DNA of 64,000 bases from Callorhinchus milii (taxonomy: Eukaryota). Below, one piece after another: positions 11,871-24,320 of the stretch. Position 1 is the stretch's first letter. The number at the start of each line of letters is the position of its first letter. The notes beneath the pieces are model-generated. The model saw nothing but the letters and a program-made list of their open reading frames with translations. It made no database searches and was not told the DNA's origin. The position numbers and the translations under genes are program-made. Location: contig NW_024704743.1 in NCBI RefSeq assembly GCF_018977255.1, forward strand, positions 30,506,001 through 30,570,000, in the 5' to 3' direction.

Positions 11871-12714
11871 GGTTCCTGAGTAACTATTACTTCCTCCAGG
11901 TGATAGAGGGCAGCTGGCACCTGTGGAACTGTATCTCGGAAAAAGGAGTCAAATACCTTCAGGAGAACAGGGAGGGGGGAAATTGGAAGAGAAAACGTAA
12001 AAGAAAAAATATTCTTCACTCTTGAACCAGAAAGGTTCAAATTTGCTCCATAAGGTAAGACATCAACAACAATTAAAAAATCCAGAGTGACTTGAATTGG
12101 CTTAGAAGGTCCAGTAAATATGTACACACAAAGGGTGTCAGAGTTTGAGAATATCATATGATTTGTTTCCCACTGTAACCATAAACAAATATATAGCATG
12201 AACAGAAGGGGTTAAAAGAGCAAAGACCCCCACTATTCCAACATATTAAGCATGTATCAAACCTGAACTGAGAATACCTTTCGCAGAGTACCTTATTATT
12301 GCACAAATGTGGGATTTCCTTTTTGCAGATTAGCAGGATTGCCAATTTGGAGACAAACGGTGGGCTGTTTGTGTGACTGGCCCATTCGCATTGGGAACTG
12401 AGCCAAGACTGCAATAAACCTGTGATCCAGTGAAGGGAAATCCAATTTCTAATGGTTTAATGGTAAAATATGCATTGGGTTCCTGGAATGCAAGCAGTCG
12501 GCTTCCTGATCCCTAAAGTCTGGAGTAGGTATATAACCAATCCTACAAGTGAAGCGAGGGCAGAGAATACATTCCCAAATGTTTTGGGATTGGGTTTTCA
12601 TTTTAAAAATAAAAGCTCAGAGCAACAAAACGGGTGTTCATCACTGCAACCAGTAAATGTGCAAGTGTTGATGGATCGAAGAGAACTTTTCCCGCAATTC
12701 AATGCAGCCAGCCG

Positions 12715-12748
12715 GTAAGTGCGCATGCGACGACAGGTCAGGAGGTCA
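12715..12748 (+). promoter_or_regulatory. Candidate regulatory cluster: NRF1-like TGCGCATGCG and perfect DR2 AGGTCAggAGGTCA
   Basis: Motifs read directly at 12720-12729 and 12735-12748 in a small CpG cluster. Function not demonstrated. Confidence 0.35.
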
Positions 12749-12920
12749 TTTTCTGTCGTTCAACGTAGGTGTAAGTGGGGAGTAGTGGAGGGTAGGGGAA
12801 CGGCATTATGAGTTAGGAGGTGATTAACATGAGTAGTGAAAATAAATTAAGTGGTTTTCATAAGAAACTGAATAGGACTCGAGTGAATGTATGACTTAAG
12901 CGTTTATACGATTCATAAAG

Positions 12921-13031
12921 ATAATAATCCTTGCATCTGATATAGAGTTTTATCAGGTCTTTGAGACGTCTCAAAGAGCTTCACAGAATATACTGTAAAG
13001 TGAATTGACTGTATATTTTGTGGGCGAAATG
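12921..13031 (-). mobile_element. Family A SINE 3' fragment
   Basis: Same tail and body as the other family A copies. Confidence 0.9.
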
Positions 13032-13949
13032 ATAAGAATTATGCGAGTTTTATTGTAGTTCTTATGTACGATCTTGTATATTATAAATTCTCAAAAGCAT
13101 TCTCAAAGACATAAATTTAATCTTCTTGGAGGGAGGGGAGTTTACACTCACAAATTGACTTTCATCCAATGAATAGAATCCCTGAGGATTTGCTGCTTGA
13201 AACTCGCCGGAGCAGGGGTTCCATACATACTTTCTGTTGTGATCAATACTTCCTTTCACAAATTCTCACCACTTTGACAACTCCCGTCTATTCATACAAA
13301 GTTGGCTGCATTTAATGGAGTATTCACCTAGTTATCTATCAAAGTATTACACAAAAATGAAGTGTTAGAAACCCAAAACAGAACCCGAGAGACAGTGAAA
13401 AATGTTTTGGCTTGGTTTGACTTGCCTAATGCAGAATTATCCCATAATGTACTCATTTGCTGGGCACCCATTTCCCAGTTAACTATGAACTCGAGGAGTA
13501 GTTTAAACCTTCCAGTATATTTCCTATTGCGCTTGGCCAGAGAAATAGATGTGTGGCTCAAAACCAAACATGGAACGTTTTTTCTTTAGTAGCAGAGTGC
13601 TCCTATGTCACGAGTTTCAAACCAATACTCCACTTCATCATGCAAGAAAGAGATCATTCCCAGTATTCAGGACGGGGCAGGGAAAACTGTCCAAATTTAG
13701 TTTCCCTCACATCAGCATTTTTTCAGTGGGAGGAGAAAGCTAAAATACGGTGGTGACTCAGTTTGATCTATTTGATGCTATATACAAGATAACTTTAACA
13801 ATCGGATGTGGTACATCAGTTACTGCTAAGAAGGAAAAAATTAACACAGCATTTTCTATTTCAAAAGGACTTTTTCTCCAGTTTGTACCCCTCCCTTTCA
13901 ACCACCTCAAACTCAGACACTGGGGTATGATTTCGCAGACACCACCAAC

Positions 13950-14168
13950 ACTCTGGTACCACGCCTAAATAGTATTCATTTATGAGCTCAGAAGATAGTG
14001 AGTGTTGTCAGGCATTCACCACAGCTGTGCCAATTCCTGTCCTCATTTGACATCCAAACAGTTTCCATCAACGGTCACTGAGCCGGTGATTAGGAATGGG
14101 AACTCTGGTTAGTTTACCCCTCCCTGTGTCACAGCTACTCCTCATTTCCTCCGCAGTTGAGATTAGCT
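13950..14168 (-). mobile_element. Ancient SINE-like repeat (family C)
   Basis: tcctgtcctcatttgacatcc...ggtcactg...gattaggaatgggaactctgg...gttgagattagct is the reverse complement of the family C body. Confidence 0.6.
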
Positions 14169-14249
14169 TATGAAAACAAGGATCAAATATAGATTTTCCT
14201 AGTTTGATCCAATCACAGACTACATTTTCCACCAAGAACCGCCAGAGAG

Positions 14250-14372
14250 ATAGTGTAAGCATCATCTTCAAAAACATTTAAAAAGATTAAATGGATGTGT
14301 AGGGTTGGTGTTCAGGAATGATGAAGTCAAATGGACCAAAGCGTCTTCCTCATCCAAACCTCACGTGATCCA
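14250..14372 (+). mobile_element. CR1 3' fragment
   Basis: aaatggaccaaagcgtcttcctcatccaaacctcacgtgatc, similar to 27855-28012. Confidence 0.5.
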
Positions 14373-14465
14373 ATGAAAAACCATGAATAATTTCTACCAA
14401 ATCAAATCCTTACATGTTCTTAGAGTTCTCAATATTAATTCCTATTATTCATACCAATATTTAAA

Positions 14466-14762
14466 GAAGCTTTTGGAATCAGCAAGGAACAGAGTTCTGT
14501 TATTGGAAGGAATGTGTGCGACAGGTTGTGGCTTTGTATGAGATTGTGGAACATTGCAAGGCTCAGGGGAAACCCAACTATGTTGTATTCAGCGATTTCT
14601 GCAAGGCTTTCAACCTCGTGCCTCATGAAGCCCTCTTGAGGAAACAGGAAACCAGGGAATATATGGCCAAATTTTGGATTGCATCCTGAATGGTATTCCT
14701 GCTCCATTATCTAAGGGTTGATGGTGGACTCACCAAGCCCATCCCTCTTGAAAGGGGAGTAA
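14466..14762 (+). pseudogene. Relic of a non-LTR retrotransposon reverse transcriptase
   Basis: Across frameshifts reads ISKEQSSVIGRNVCD / YEIVEHCKAQGKPNYVVFSDFCKAFNLVPHEALLRK / LRVDGGLTKPIPLERGV, i.e. the RT D-x-x-KAFD-x-V-x-H motif followed by the pre-GVxQG segment. Confidence 0.75.
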
Positions 14763-15559
14763 TATTTGAAGAAGCTTTGCAAAAAGGTACTCTAGGTTCC
14801 CAGAACACTTGCAAGTCCAATCTGAAATCCTTTAAGAATTGTTACATTGTCCAGTATTCAAAGTCATTTGATCATTACACCATAAAGATTAAAGAGGAAT
14901 AAAATGCATTTAATGGGATCTCACTTGTTGCAGCCAGTGAGAGAGCACAGGTTGTTCTTTGCAACTATGGAATTGGCAAGTGAATAAATATTTTAGATAT
15001 TAGTACAGTTGCAACCCTCGCCCCTCTGTTAAGATTTTGTAATTTTTGGGAGCCAAAGTATAATCAGGCTTTGAAACCTAATGGTATTGGTTTAATATCT
15101 GCAACCCAGATGTCCTGTGAATTATGAAATGAAGCATGCTGGAGAAAAGCACAGTAGTGGCATTGTTAATGAGATTACATGTTTTATTTCGATACCCTTC
15201 TGATGTGCAAGCTGTAATTTGCTGAAGAAAGGCTGTAATATTTGCCTGTTATTTAATGTGCAAGATCACACATGTATTTGCTTTTACTGGAGAGAGAAGG
15301 GTGGGTGAAAAAGTGTTATGATAATAGTAACAAAATGTAATACAGCTACAGGTCTGCTTGTTAAGATCTGTAAATTCTATGGAGTTATTTAAGTTATTTG
15401 TGGAAGTGTAGAGAGTGTGAGGAAAGAGTAATTGTGAGAAAGTGAGTCTCTGTGTGCGAGAGTGAAAGAGAGAGAGGAACCAAGAAATTATAGAAAATTT
15501 AGAGTTTTACTCAAATGCTTTAATTTTTGCCCTCATAAAACATAGTGTTTAAAATTTTC

Positions 15560-15872
15560 TGCCCTTCCCCTTGGCCCTGCTTTTCCTCGCCTCGACTTCA
15601 AGATGCCTCTCAAGATCTTCCTTTTTGACTGTGCCTTTGGTCATCATCCCACCTCCCCACCCCATGGCCCACGAATCCAACCCCTAGGTCAAGATAAGGG
15701 GGAACAATTTTTCTTAAAAATGGTTTTGAAAGTAGGTCAGTTTGATTCAGCATCCAACTGCCAGTGTAGATCCAACATCTGGGCTCTAATTGTTTGTTTC
15801 GGGTGCACATTGTTCATTGCATTCTCCCGACATGAAAGACACTAAATAAGTGTAAATTGTTTTGTATTGTAT
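15560..15872 (+). mobile_element. L2 3' end fragments
   Basis: ttcaagatgcctctcaagatcttcctttttgactgtgcctttgg and ctcccgacatgaaagacactaaataagtgtaaattgttttg resemble 3480-3672. Confidence 0.6.
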
Positions 15873-17440
15873 ATTGGATGCAGTTATTTTCTTTGTTTTG
15901 TGAACTGTTTCAAATGGAAATAAATTGAGGATATATAATCACCAGTGTTTTTTAAAGCAAAATATTATTTACTTACCCAGTGAGCCATCCACCTGACACA
16001 GGCAGAAAGCCATCATCATGCTTGAGAGTATCCAGATGCTCAGAGTTCCACATATGTATGTTATGGAAAGTTCCCTGTGTCTGGAATGGAAAGCGCCCTC
16101 TCTCCCCACCGGACCGGTCCCTGCTCACCTAATTCTGAAGAGTATTAATTGTAGTTTGGTGAAAGACAGGGCTTGGGAACCCCATAGTTTGTGTTGGATA
16201 CTGCTGGGAAGCTGAGTGGGAAGAATCTGCTCTCAGTGTTCTCTAAGTCTAAATCATTCCTGACTGCAGGTAAATCCTTCTATTGGGAGCAAATTCAGAG
16301 CCAGAATATTCTTAATATTCACTGATCTCTCACATGTGCAAAACAAGAGGTCTCGTTTCACCTAGCAATTGCTGTGCGCAGTAGCAAGCAATCTTAGTCA
16401 CTGAACAGAGATTAGAGTTATATTGTGAAGTAAATCTGCTGAGTACCAAGAATATGAACAAGACAGCTGCACTCACTCCACAAATGCAGATCAGCCTAGA
16501 ATAAGCACTGACACCCAATATAAACATGACCTGATATGGGGCTTGAGCATTCTCAACCCTGCCCAAATGAATGGAGGTCTGCAAGATTATTTACTTTCTT
16601 TACTTATGACTAAACCTATAACGACGTCAGTTTTATGAAAGGTTTTTCAATAAAAAGAGTGTGCAAATTTTACATTCGGTACACATATTCTTTATTTTGC
16701 ATGGTCTCAGATACTGGTGTTTGAAATGCAGGAAAGGAGCCCAAAATGAGGAATCCAATTTAGGTAAATGGGGACTGCTTCCAGTGCAATACTTGACCTG
16801 TGAACACTTTGATCCAAAATAATCTACATCTGGAGTGGAGTTCCAGGGTTTAGAAGGATTCTTCATTTCAGAAAAACGTGTTTGAGGCCCTGATTGAGTT
16901 TTATACTTTTTGCACATAGCGTTTGCAATGTTTGATTGTGGATTGTGGGGTGGAAGTATTAAATACTATTACCCATAGTATTCAATATCATGAAAAAAAG
17001 CCACACACAAATCTCAAATGAAGGGGAGATGGCAAACACACAACAGGTAAATGAAGCACTGCAAATTTTTTATTGAAGTCAAAACCACTGCAACAAGTTC
17101 TTATACATAAGTAAATTACTTTAATTCCTGATATTCAGGTAGAAAACCATCTATCATACTCTTCTAAAGCATGAACTTGGTCGACATTGCCATTATGAAA
17201 AAGAACTGAAGAATGGGCCTGTTTTAACTTGGATATTCCAAGTTGCTATAGTATCAAGCAATTTTATCTAATACTTTTATTTGTATAACATTAGTTGTGA
17301 ATTTCATTCAGGAGCATCTATGACAGAGGACACACAAAATCTTACCAGGAAACATTAACGCTAAAGATGGGATGGGACAAAGAACTGGCAACAGCGGAGT
17401 CCACTGTAATGTTCACAGTAATTATTTTCAAGCCACTTCA

Positions 17441-17614
17441 AATAATAATAATCCTTGCGTTTGATATAGCACTTTATCAAGTCTTTGAGAAGTCCCAAAG
17501 CGCTTCACAGAATATACTGTAAAGTGAACTGACTATATTTTGTGGGCAAAACGCGACAGCCAATTGCGCACAGCAGTGTCCCACAAACAGTCGTGGATTT
17601 AGTGACCAAATTAT
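17441..17614 (-). mobile_element. Family A SINE 3' half
   Basis: Colinear with the other family A copies up to gtgaccaaatt. Confidence 0.9.
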
Positions 17615-18434
17615 TGACACAGGCTACCTAGTGGCTGGTGTTGGCAAGTCTTCTGTGGGGTTTAATGGATGAAAAGGAAATTGAGTGGGAAAAACCTTTA
17701 AGGATTGATAGAGAATTTTCTGTTTCTGAGGCTGAAGAATTCTCCAGGGAATGGGGTCTGGCTATTTGTAGTTCAGAAGGATATTAAGAATTTTTTCCCC
17801 AGCTCGTAAAAGGTGAAAGTGAAACCTGAATTGAATACTTTGTTCAGGGGAAGACAGTGAGCATGCAGTGGGCTGGAGTCTGACGGGTCACTCGCAGGAG
17901 AGAGCTGGCTGTCAATCAGCACTTTTGGGACCTGCGGTTTTGTTGGTTTCTTCGATCTGCGCTAAAGATGCCAGTTTCAAACATGCTGCTCATAAGTGAA
18001 CTGTGCTGGACGTGTTTGTTTGAGCAGCTGTATTTTATAGCTGTCATCAAACGTGCACCATTTCCTCTTCTACTCATCTGGGGGCTGAAGTGGATTAACT
18101 GCAGACTATTTCGAAGTTTGCCCCTGTACGGAGGGCTCGGCTTTTAACAAGTTTGACCTGACTCATAATAACAGTCGCCTGCTGGATAGTTACAGTGCTC
18201 GCATTCTGTAAAATCACCAACTTCAAACGCTTTATACCCGGGGCAAGACTAAGGTGTGAATAATCAGGACCAGAGCATCACAACTCACCAGGAAACGAGT
18301 ACCACACATGGATATCATCAATATATTGGGTGGAATACATGGATCGGCAGAGAGTTCAAAGGTTAGGGATAAATCATTTTCCCCCTCCCCCCGATGGCTT
18401 GAGAAATGAATGTGTTGTATGGATTTCCCTCAAT

Positions 18435-18880
18435 CAACATCAACAACAAAACAACAATTTGCATTTATATAGCGCCCTTCACGCCAGAAGGTGTTTCGGA
18501 GCGCTTAACAGTGGCAGAGGCCGATGTCGAGCCAGGGGGAGGGGGGATGTGACCATAGGCACGGTCAAAGAGGAAGACATTCAAACGTGACCTGAAAATG
18601 GGGAGAGGGGGGGCAAGGTGGAGTGTAGGCAGCGAGTAGTAGTCTGGGGAGAGAGCAGGTTGGAGAGATTAGGGTGCCAGGGCATGAAAGGATTTATATA
18701 CAAGAATGAGCATCTTGAAATCGATCTGCTATGTCACAGGGAGCCAATGGAGTTTAACAAGGACTGTGGTAATGGAGGTACAGAGTTTTGTGCCGGTGAG
18801 AATGCGGGAGGCGGAGATTAGAATTAGCTGAAGTTTTGATTAGTGGAGTAAAGGAGACACCCGAGGAGGGATTTGAGTTA
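18435..18880 (-). mobile_element. L2 LINE 3' portion
   Basis: (CAA)n tail, ttgcatttatatagcgccc, and the reverse complement of an LHWLP...FKML coding segment (gggagccaatggag, gagcatcttgaaatcg). Confidence 0.85.
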
Positions 18881-21099
18881 TTAACCAACTAGTAATTATG
18901 GACAGATACCCTATCACTTGTAGAAAGATTACTCAGGTTAGATACATCCTCTCGGAGTCCCATTACAAATATCCTCCTCCTCTCAGACTCACAGGGATAA
19001 CAGACACCACCACCGTGTCCATTCCTTTAGATAGCCAGGGAAACAGGCGACTTCAATGAGCAGACCGACAAAATCAGTACAGAAATTGGATGGACACCAA
19101 TGCAAACATTTAATCAAACAAAACAAATATTATCTCACCAATGGTCACTCCCTTGCAATCACTGATCTCAGAAGCTCACAAACGTGAGGACCAGGCCAAA
19201 ACCTTTGCGTGTCTGAAGAGAGATGGCAATTTTACCAAAAGCTGACTTGTTCAAACACACTGCTTGTTTCTTAAAGGGCCAAGTGCTTGTGAATCCAAAT
19301 GTCTAAATCTTTCTAATTTATTCCAGCCCAAACAAATATTGGCTAAACTGAATTAATACAGATCCAGAAAATTAGCCTGCTAAACTGGTTCTATTTGTAA
19401 TTATTAACTACATGGCCAAAATAATAGATTTGGTGCAAGTATTAATGAAATAATACAGGACAGATAATTCATTTGAAATTCCAGTGGCCCAGAATTATTT
19501 TTCACCCTGTGGATAGAGTTGAATAGCTTAACTATGAAACTATGCAGGTTTTTTTTAAATGGAGATTGATAATCGGAAATGTGGCCTTAATATGCCCAGT
19601 ACTATATTCACTACTGGTCTGTGCTAATGTGATTCTGGTCAGTACTTAGAGCAGAGGCTAGTAATGTAATCGTGCACAGCTCACATTCCCAGAGATCAAT
19701 CTCTGCCATGAAAAGTGGATGCCTTTAAATATAATTGTATTAGGAATACGGATGTTTTGAAGTGTAAGCTGCTTATGCTCTATGCAGGAAAAAGAGACAG
19801 GAAATGAACGGTAGGTTCATTGTGGTTTTAATCATGCACAATCAGATAGCCTTGATGGTATCTTCCGATCTCTTGTTGTTCAGACAATTCAACGCATGCT
19901 GAAGTTAAGTTTATCCTTTTTTATTTGGATTGCTGATTTAGATCATCTCGTCTAACATGTGATTGCCATATGGACATGTAAAAAAAACTAGAGGTCTGAA
20001 ATGTCGCCTAATCTTTGCCTGTAAGACAGTTTTGTCTCAAAATTGAAGATAACTCAAAATTATAGAAACATTTAAGTCTTATTTTTGAAGTCTCTGTTCT
20101 GCAGTTCTTAAAAAAAACTTTCAAGTTGAGACAGAAATTCAAAATCTTTCACAATTCTGCGTCTACCTGGTCGATGCCAGTGTCTGCACCTCACATGAGC
20201 CTTCCATCTCTCCTAATGTTTTCGCAAAGCTGCCCTCCATACCTCTGGATTCCCTTCTCCCTAACTGGTGATAAACAAGGTTGAAACAGTCAATAATTAA
20301 AGACTATTCTGCGGGAGGGCTAATCTCCTCCTCCCCAGTGTTCGTCAATGAATAATGTTTCTCATGCCAAAAGGTTTATTATGTACTGCATGTCAAAGGT
20401 CCACTGGTGCAAAGAAATTTGTTGGACATCTCTTTGAGCAATGAGGTCTCCAGCATTAAGTATTGAGAGCTCTGTACACTGGACCAGTTAAGCAGAGAGA
20501 GCTGTGTGGTGTTGGACAGTCAGCTTTTACACTCCCCATTAATGACCACCTGTACATTATTGCCAAAGAGTCTTATTCTTCAGGCCCATTTTGAAGAGTA
20601 AGACTGAAAGGTATATACATGGAACTGACTGGACTCGGGACATTTGGAAAGAATGTTACATGGCAGAAACCCTGCCTGACTTGACTCACCAAACCAGAAA
20701 CCTCTGATGTGCTCTCTAATACCAGCCCGTCATATCAGACAAACAATGTGCCATGGAATCTCCGGTGATCCCAACTAAATCTTTCTGAAATCTGACAACT
20801 GCATTGGAATTAGTGCAAAGTAAATTAGTGCTGGAGTTCTCTTTGTAGACAGAAAATCCATGATTTCTTGTGGTCCTGGATTCGAGATATCCCTTTGAGG
20901 TCATAGCAGGGTTTGAGCAACACTTTCTGATGACTTACAGGTCTGTCTGGCCCTCAATAGGTAAGTAACCATTCATCCATATTTTGCCCCTCCTGGTCCT
21001 ATAGAAGATGAGACTAAATGCAACACACCATACCTTCACCCTGGCTAACATTAACCAATTTAGCACAGTCCAACAACAATAACAACAGCAACAAATTGC

Positions 21100-21251
21100 A
21101 ATTGGCTGCAATTTCTTTTCTTGTTTGTGCATTTCGCCCACAAATTATAGAGTCGGTTCACTTTGCAGTATATTCTGTGAAGCGCTTTGAGATATCTCGA
21201 AGATGTGATGAGGCGTTATATCAAATACCAGGGTTATTATTATTATTATTA
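21100..21251 (+). mobile_element. Family A SINE fragment nested in a minus-strand L2 tail (about 21072-21300)
   Basis: caacaacaataacaacagcaacaaattgc [SINE] atttatacagcgtctgtcac. Confidence 0.75.
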
Positions 21252-24139
21252 TTTATACAGCGTCTGTCACATCAGAAGGACATCACAAGGCACTGGACAA
21301 TGAAGGGTTTGCACTCAAGCAGTCCAGGATTGAACACTGCCTTCACCAACTCAGCCATTGAGGAGATGTTTGCGAGAATAGTTAACTAATAGCTAATCAT
21401 CTGAGGCTCTTGCCACTTGTGCCTTACGTGATTGACAGGCATGTGGAAAATACTGATAAAAAGGCAAATGTCCGAAAATTTGCAGCAAGCTTTTCCAGCT
21501 TGAAACATATCAAATAAAAGGTCTTTGAGTACAAAGCTTTGTGTTTCTGAGATGAACTACTGCCAAGGCATTCTGACTGCAATTCCTCCTCTGAGTTACT
21601 GAATCTCAATGTCTGTTTGCTTCCAAGAGGTTCAATAAAAAAAATGTCAAAATAACTGGCGTACTAAGATTTGTCATGAAACAAATTTGTAGTTCGGCAT
21701 TAGCGAAAGCTGTTTATTATTCCTCAGTTTTATATCATAATCTGGTTATCACAGAGTTCCTAAACACCAAATCATTTTCTATTTATTGCTGTATAATTTG
21801 TTCAATTTTCTGTCGCAATAGTTTGTTTAAAGCTGCAGGGCTCAGATGTAATGCACTCTCTGTAAAGACCTGACTGACTGGTTGCCTACTTAAAAGAAAC
21901 CTAATTCCGAGCACACCGCAATTTAAAAATTCCTCCTTTGCAATGACAAGGCCAGAGACTGGGATTGGAAATGGTATGGATTGTGCGAAGATAGGCTTGA
22001 GCTTTGCCCCAAGCTCTGGTCTCCTGCCAATCAAAAGTCGGAATATGAAACAAAACGTCACCTTTCCCAATGTGGAGTCCAATGCATTAAAAAGGAAATA
22101 TTCTCAAGATGGATTTGTTATGAATCTGGCAAGTCAATCACTGTCCTGTTCCCCTCACACCCCACCCTGTCTTCCCCCACTGCGAAAACATCTCCTATTA
22201 GACTGTCCTAGAATGATACTGATCCACTGTCCCGCTTCAAAGAGTGAACAGCCTCCCACCTCTTCTTCACCTCAACCAAAAGCAACTATCCACCTCTCCC
22301 CACGGAAAGAAAGCAGTGCACACCCTTTCACTGCTTTCTTAAAATAAATAAAATAAGCCCAACAAAAACTAGGAGTGAGGCACTGGTTCCCCTCCCCCAA
22401 TTAATGAAGGAAGGCTGCATTAACAGTTGTCACTAGTCTCTTCAATGCTCTCCCCCTCCCTCATCATCTGAGTTAAAGCTGCAAGGATAACAGTCAGATC
22501 CAGAGAATGCACCACGCCCCCCACCCCCCCACCCCTCACACCCTTCAACACACATAGCACTGCTGTCTATTAGAGAAAGGCTGTATGCAAAAGTTTCAGA
22601 TAAATCCATCTTGCTGACAGAAATCCACGTTAGTGTGTTCCTCCAAAAGAAAAAAAATAGAAAAAACACAAATGCAAGAATGATTAGTGCCAAACTATAG
22701 TGTGGCATGTTGCTAGGTTACCTATGCCCTTTTAGAATTTATTATGATCTTAGCACTTGTTATAAACAGCAGGATACCAATATGAGTAATCATTTAAAGA
22801 ATGTTTTACTTTAATTCTGAGTTTTAAACTGGGTTTTATTTGTATTCATCAATCAAATCATGTGGAGTTTTGGGACTATCAGCCTCAGTCACAGGCACAG
22901 TCACATACCTGTGAAGTTACTGAATGGATCATTGCTCCTGAACAACGTTACCTTGTGCAATCTGGTGGAGTTCTCCAGCTCAGGAGAAAAAGGACATTTC
23001 CTCCATCATGTCCCACTCTGGACAACTAGTCCATCGAATGGCCTTGAAGAAGTCCATATTCAGGCAACCTCACATCTCTCTTTTGAAAAGGATACCTAAC
23101 AGAAAAAGAGAGATAAATGAGCTAAATGCAATTCTTTGGCATTATGAGTTAAAGACTAATATAGACTCTCAATTACATCCGTAATCTCTTTTACTATCTG
23201 TTTAATCGTTAAGATCATTAATAAAGGATTTTAGCACATCCTTCGCCCAAGGCACTATTCAAAAAAGGAAAGGAGTTTCTGTCGCTATCCTGGCCAAGAA
23301 ATCCCAGGTAAAATAAACATAGCTGTTTGTGGGACAATGCTGTGCACAAATTGACTGCCATGTTTTCCTACAAATACGTAGTTACTAGTAAAATCCTGTG
23401 AGGAAATTAGAATCATTTTGCTGATGTGATAAGGCGTTATATCAAAACCAAGCATTATTATTGTTTTATTTTGAGGCCCAACACTGCAATTTGCCTGTTC
23501 CATGCGAGATTAGAAATCATCTCCATCAAGAAAAATATTCCACAAGTATTGCAGCAGCTACTGCTTCCGTGTGTAACAGGAATAATATTTGCAATGTTTT
23601 GTAATCCATTTTTTGTTCTAATAAATAGAAAGAATGGGTGAAAGAAACATCACAAGTTACATAGACTGTACAGCAACAAAACAGGCCAATCAGCGCAATT
23701 ACTCCATGCTGGTGTTTGTACTTCATGTGAGCCTCTTACCATTTTAATCCCCTCTCCTTATCCCTCTCCCACACTTCTATATTCCCTTCTCCCTCATGTG
23801 TTCATTGTACAGCCAGAATTTAAACAAATATACATAGCAATTAGGCTCCTCCGATGTTTTCCTTGAAATAATTGGAGCCATGTTGGCCTGACAGCTTGAA
23901 GCCTCTATTCCTCTCAACAATAGTGTTCTATCTTTACTGTGAGATTTGCTGAATTGTTCCTCTAATAGCTACAGAATTGAAGAGTTGCTGGGTTTTCTTT
24001 CTTCTCATGTCATTTTGGGCATAGGGTTGCAATTTTTTTTCTGTAGACGGTACATTTATTTCAGACTCCAATATTTGCAAGCGAGAGGACCTGGGGTTTA
24101 TTGCCTTCAATAAATAAATAAATAAATAAATAAATAACA

Positions 24140-24320
24140 TAGCAATAATTTGGTCACTCAATCCACGACTGTTCATGGGACACTGCTGTGCGCAATTGGA
24201 TGCCGCGTTTTGCCCACAAAATATACATTCAATTCACTTTACAGTATATTCTGTGAAGCACTTTGAGACATCTCAAAGACATGATAAGGTGGTATATCTA
24301 ATGCAAGGATTATTATCATT
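24140..24320 (+). mobile_element. Family A SINE 3' half
   Basis: tggtcactcaatccacgactg...gggacactgctgtgcgcaattgg...atgcaaggattatt. Confidence 0.9.
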
